From the human T2T-CHM13v2.0 reference genome, Homo sapiens: DNA of 64,000 nucleotides. The notes beneath the pieces are model-generated. The model did not search any database, had not been told where the DNA came from, and was given only the letters and a program-made list of their open reading frames with translations. Positions 54,540 to 64,000 of this stretch are shown here, one piece after another. The translations under genes and the position numbers were made by a program. Location: NCBI RefSeq assembly GCF_009914755.1, contig NC_060925.1. One strand, written 5' to 3'. Positions within the stretch are counted from its first letter, which is position 1, and the number at the start of each line of letters is the position of its first letter.

Positions 54540-55265
54540 ATAATTTTTAATTTACCAAAAGGATATATATTTATGGCATACAACATGATATTTTGAAATA
54601 TGTATACATTGTGGAATGGCTAAACCAAGCTAATTAACATATCGATTAACTCACATACTTTTTTTTTGTAGTGAGAACATTGAAAATCTACTGTCTTAGC
54701 AAATTTCAAGTATAGAATAGTCACCATGTTGTACAATAGATCTGAACTTATTTCTCCTGTTTAAATGGAATTTTGTATCCTTTGACCAATATCTCCCCAA
54801 TCCTCCTCACCTCCAGCCCCTGGTAACCACCATTGTACTCTCTGCTTCTATGAGTTTGACTTTTTTAGATTCCACATCTAAGTGAGATCACCCAGTATTT
54901 GTTTTTCTATACCTGGCTTGTTTTGTTTTTCAAATCAAAACAGGTTCATGTATACTGTTAAATGACAGGGTTTCCTTCATTTTTAAGGGTGAATAGCATT
55001 CCATTGTGTATATGCCACATTTTCTTTATCCATTTATCTGTTGTTGGAAGCTTAGGTTCTTTCCCTATCATGGCTATTACAAAAAACGCTGCAATGAACA
55101 GGGGAGTGCAGATATCTCTTCCAGACACTGGCTTCATTTTCTTTGGCTATATACCCTTAAGTGGTATTGGTAGTTTTACTTTTAGTTTTTTGAATAACCT
55201 CCATAATGTTGGAATTTTCCATAATGGTTGTGCTAATTTACATTCTACCAACAGTGTATAAGGGT
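54540..55265 (-). mobile_element. L1MA-type 3' end (antisense)
   Basis: gtatacattgtggaatggctaa...tagattccacat...gtgcagatatctctt...gctaatttacattctaccaacagtgtataaggg. Confidence 0.8.
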
Positions 55266-55497
55266 GAATCACTTTCCTTATCTAAAAGTTCTAACTTACA
55301 GCACACTGAAGTCTGCATCCCCATAGTTTCTAGTCCCTGGCCCAAGTTTACCTTCTTGGGTTATGCAGAATTCAATTAATATTCAAGTGTTACTAATGCT
55401 AGGTGCTATATACTGTGCTAGTTTCTTTTACATATTCTTGTATTGAATTCTTACAACATATCTGTTGTAAGAATTATTTTCTCTTTAGAAACGAGAA

Positions 55498-64000
<8,503 letters not shown>

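Overview
This is human (or closely related primate) genomic DNA: Alu-dense, with spliced genes and no prokaryotic features. It matches the 1q32.1 INAVA (C1orf106) locus, which I recall lying between GPR25 and KIF21B; neither neighbour is in the window. Positions 1-11.9 kb are intergenic repeat sequence (Alu, MIR, L1, L2, MER31-like and MLT2 LTRs). A CpG island at about 11.9-12.8 kb begins INAVA on the + strand. I reconstructed 10 GT-AG coding exons from 12524 to 34562 that give exactly 663 aa ending in ...EIISQV. A 578-aa form starts at the strong-Kozak ATG at 19384, probably from an alternative non-coding first exon ending at 16070. The poly(A) signal is at 36641. Less than 1 kb downstream, a second + strand gene begins, the HEAT-repeat pseudogene MROH3P. 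I traced 11 phase-compatible exons (38386-58292) giving about 400 codons with no stop or frameshift. The only clear lesion is an AG>GG acceptor in front of a frame-neutral 108-nt exon. Exon phases also allow an in-frame INAVA-MROH3 read-through fusion. Other elements: a retroposed U6 copy with a 16-bp TSD, a 26-bp palindromic minisatellite, a (GT)21(GC)10 Z-DNA tract, and a recent Alu-mediated tandem duplication of about 214 bp. Repeat boundaries and subfamily names were read by eye and are approximate.
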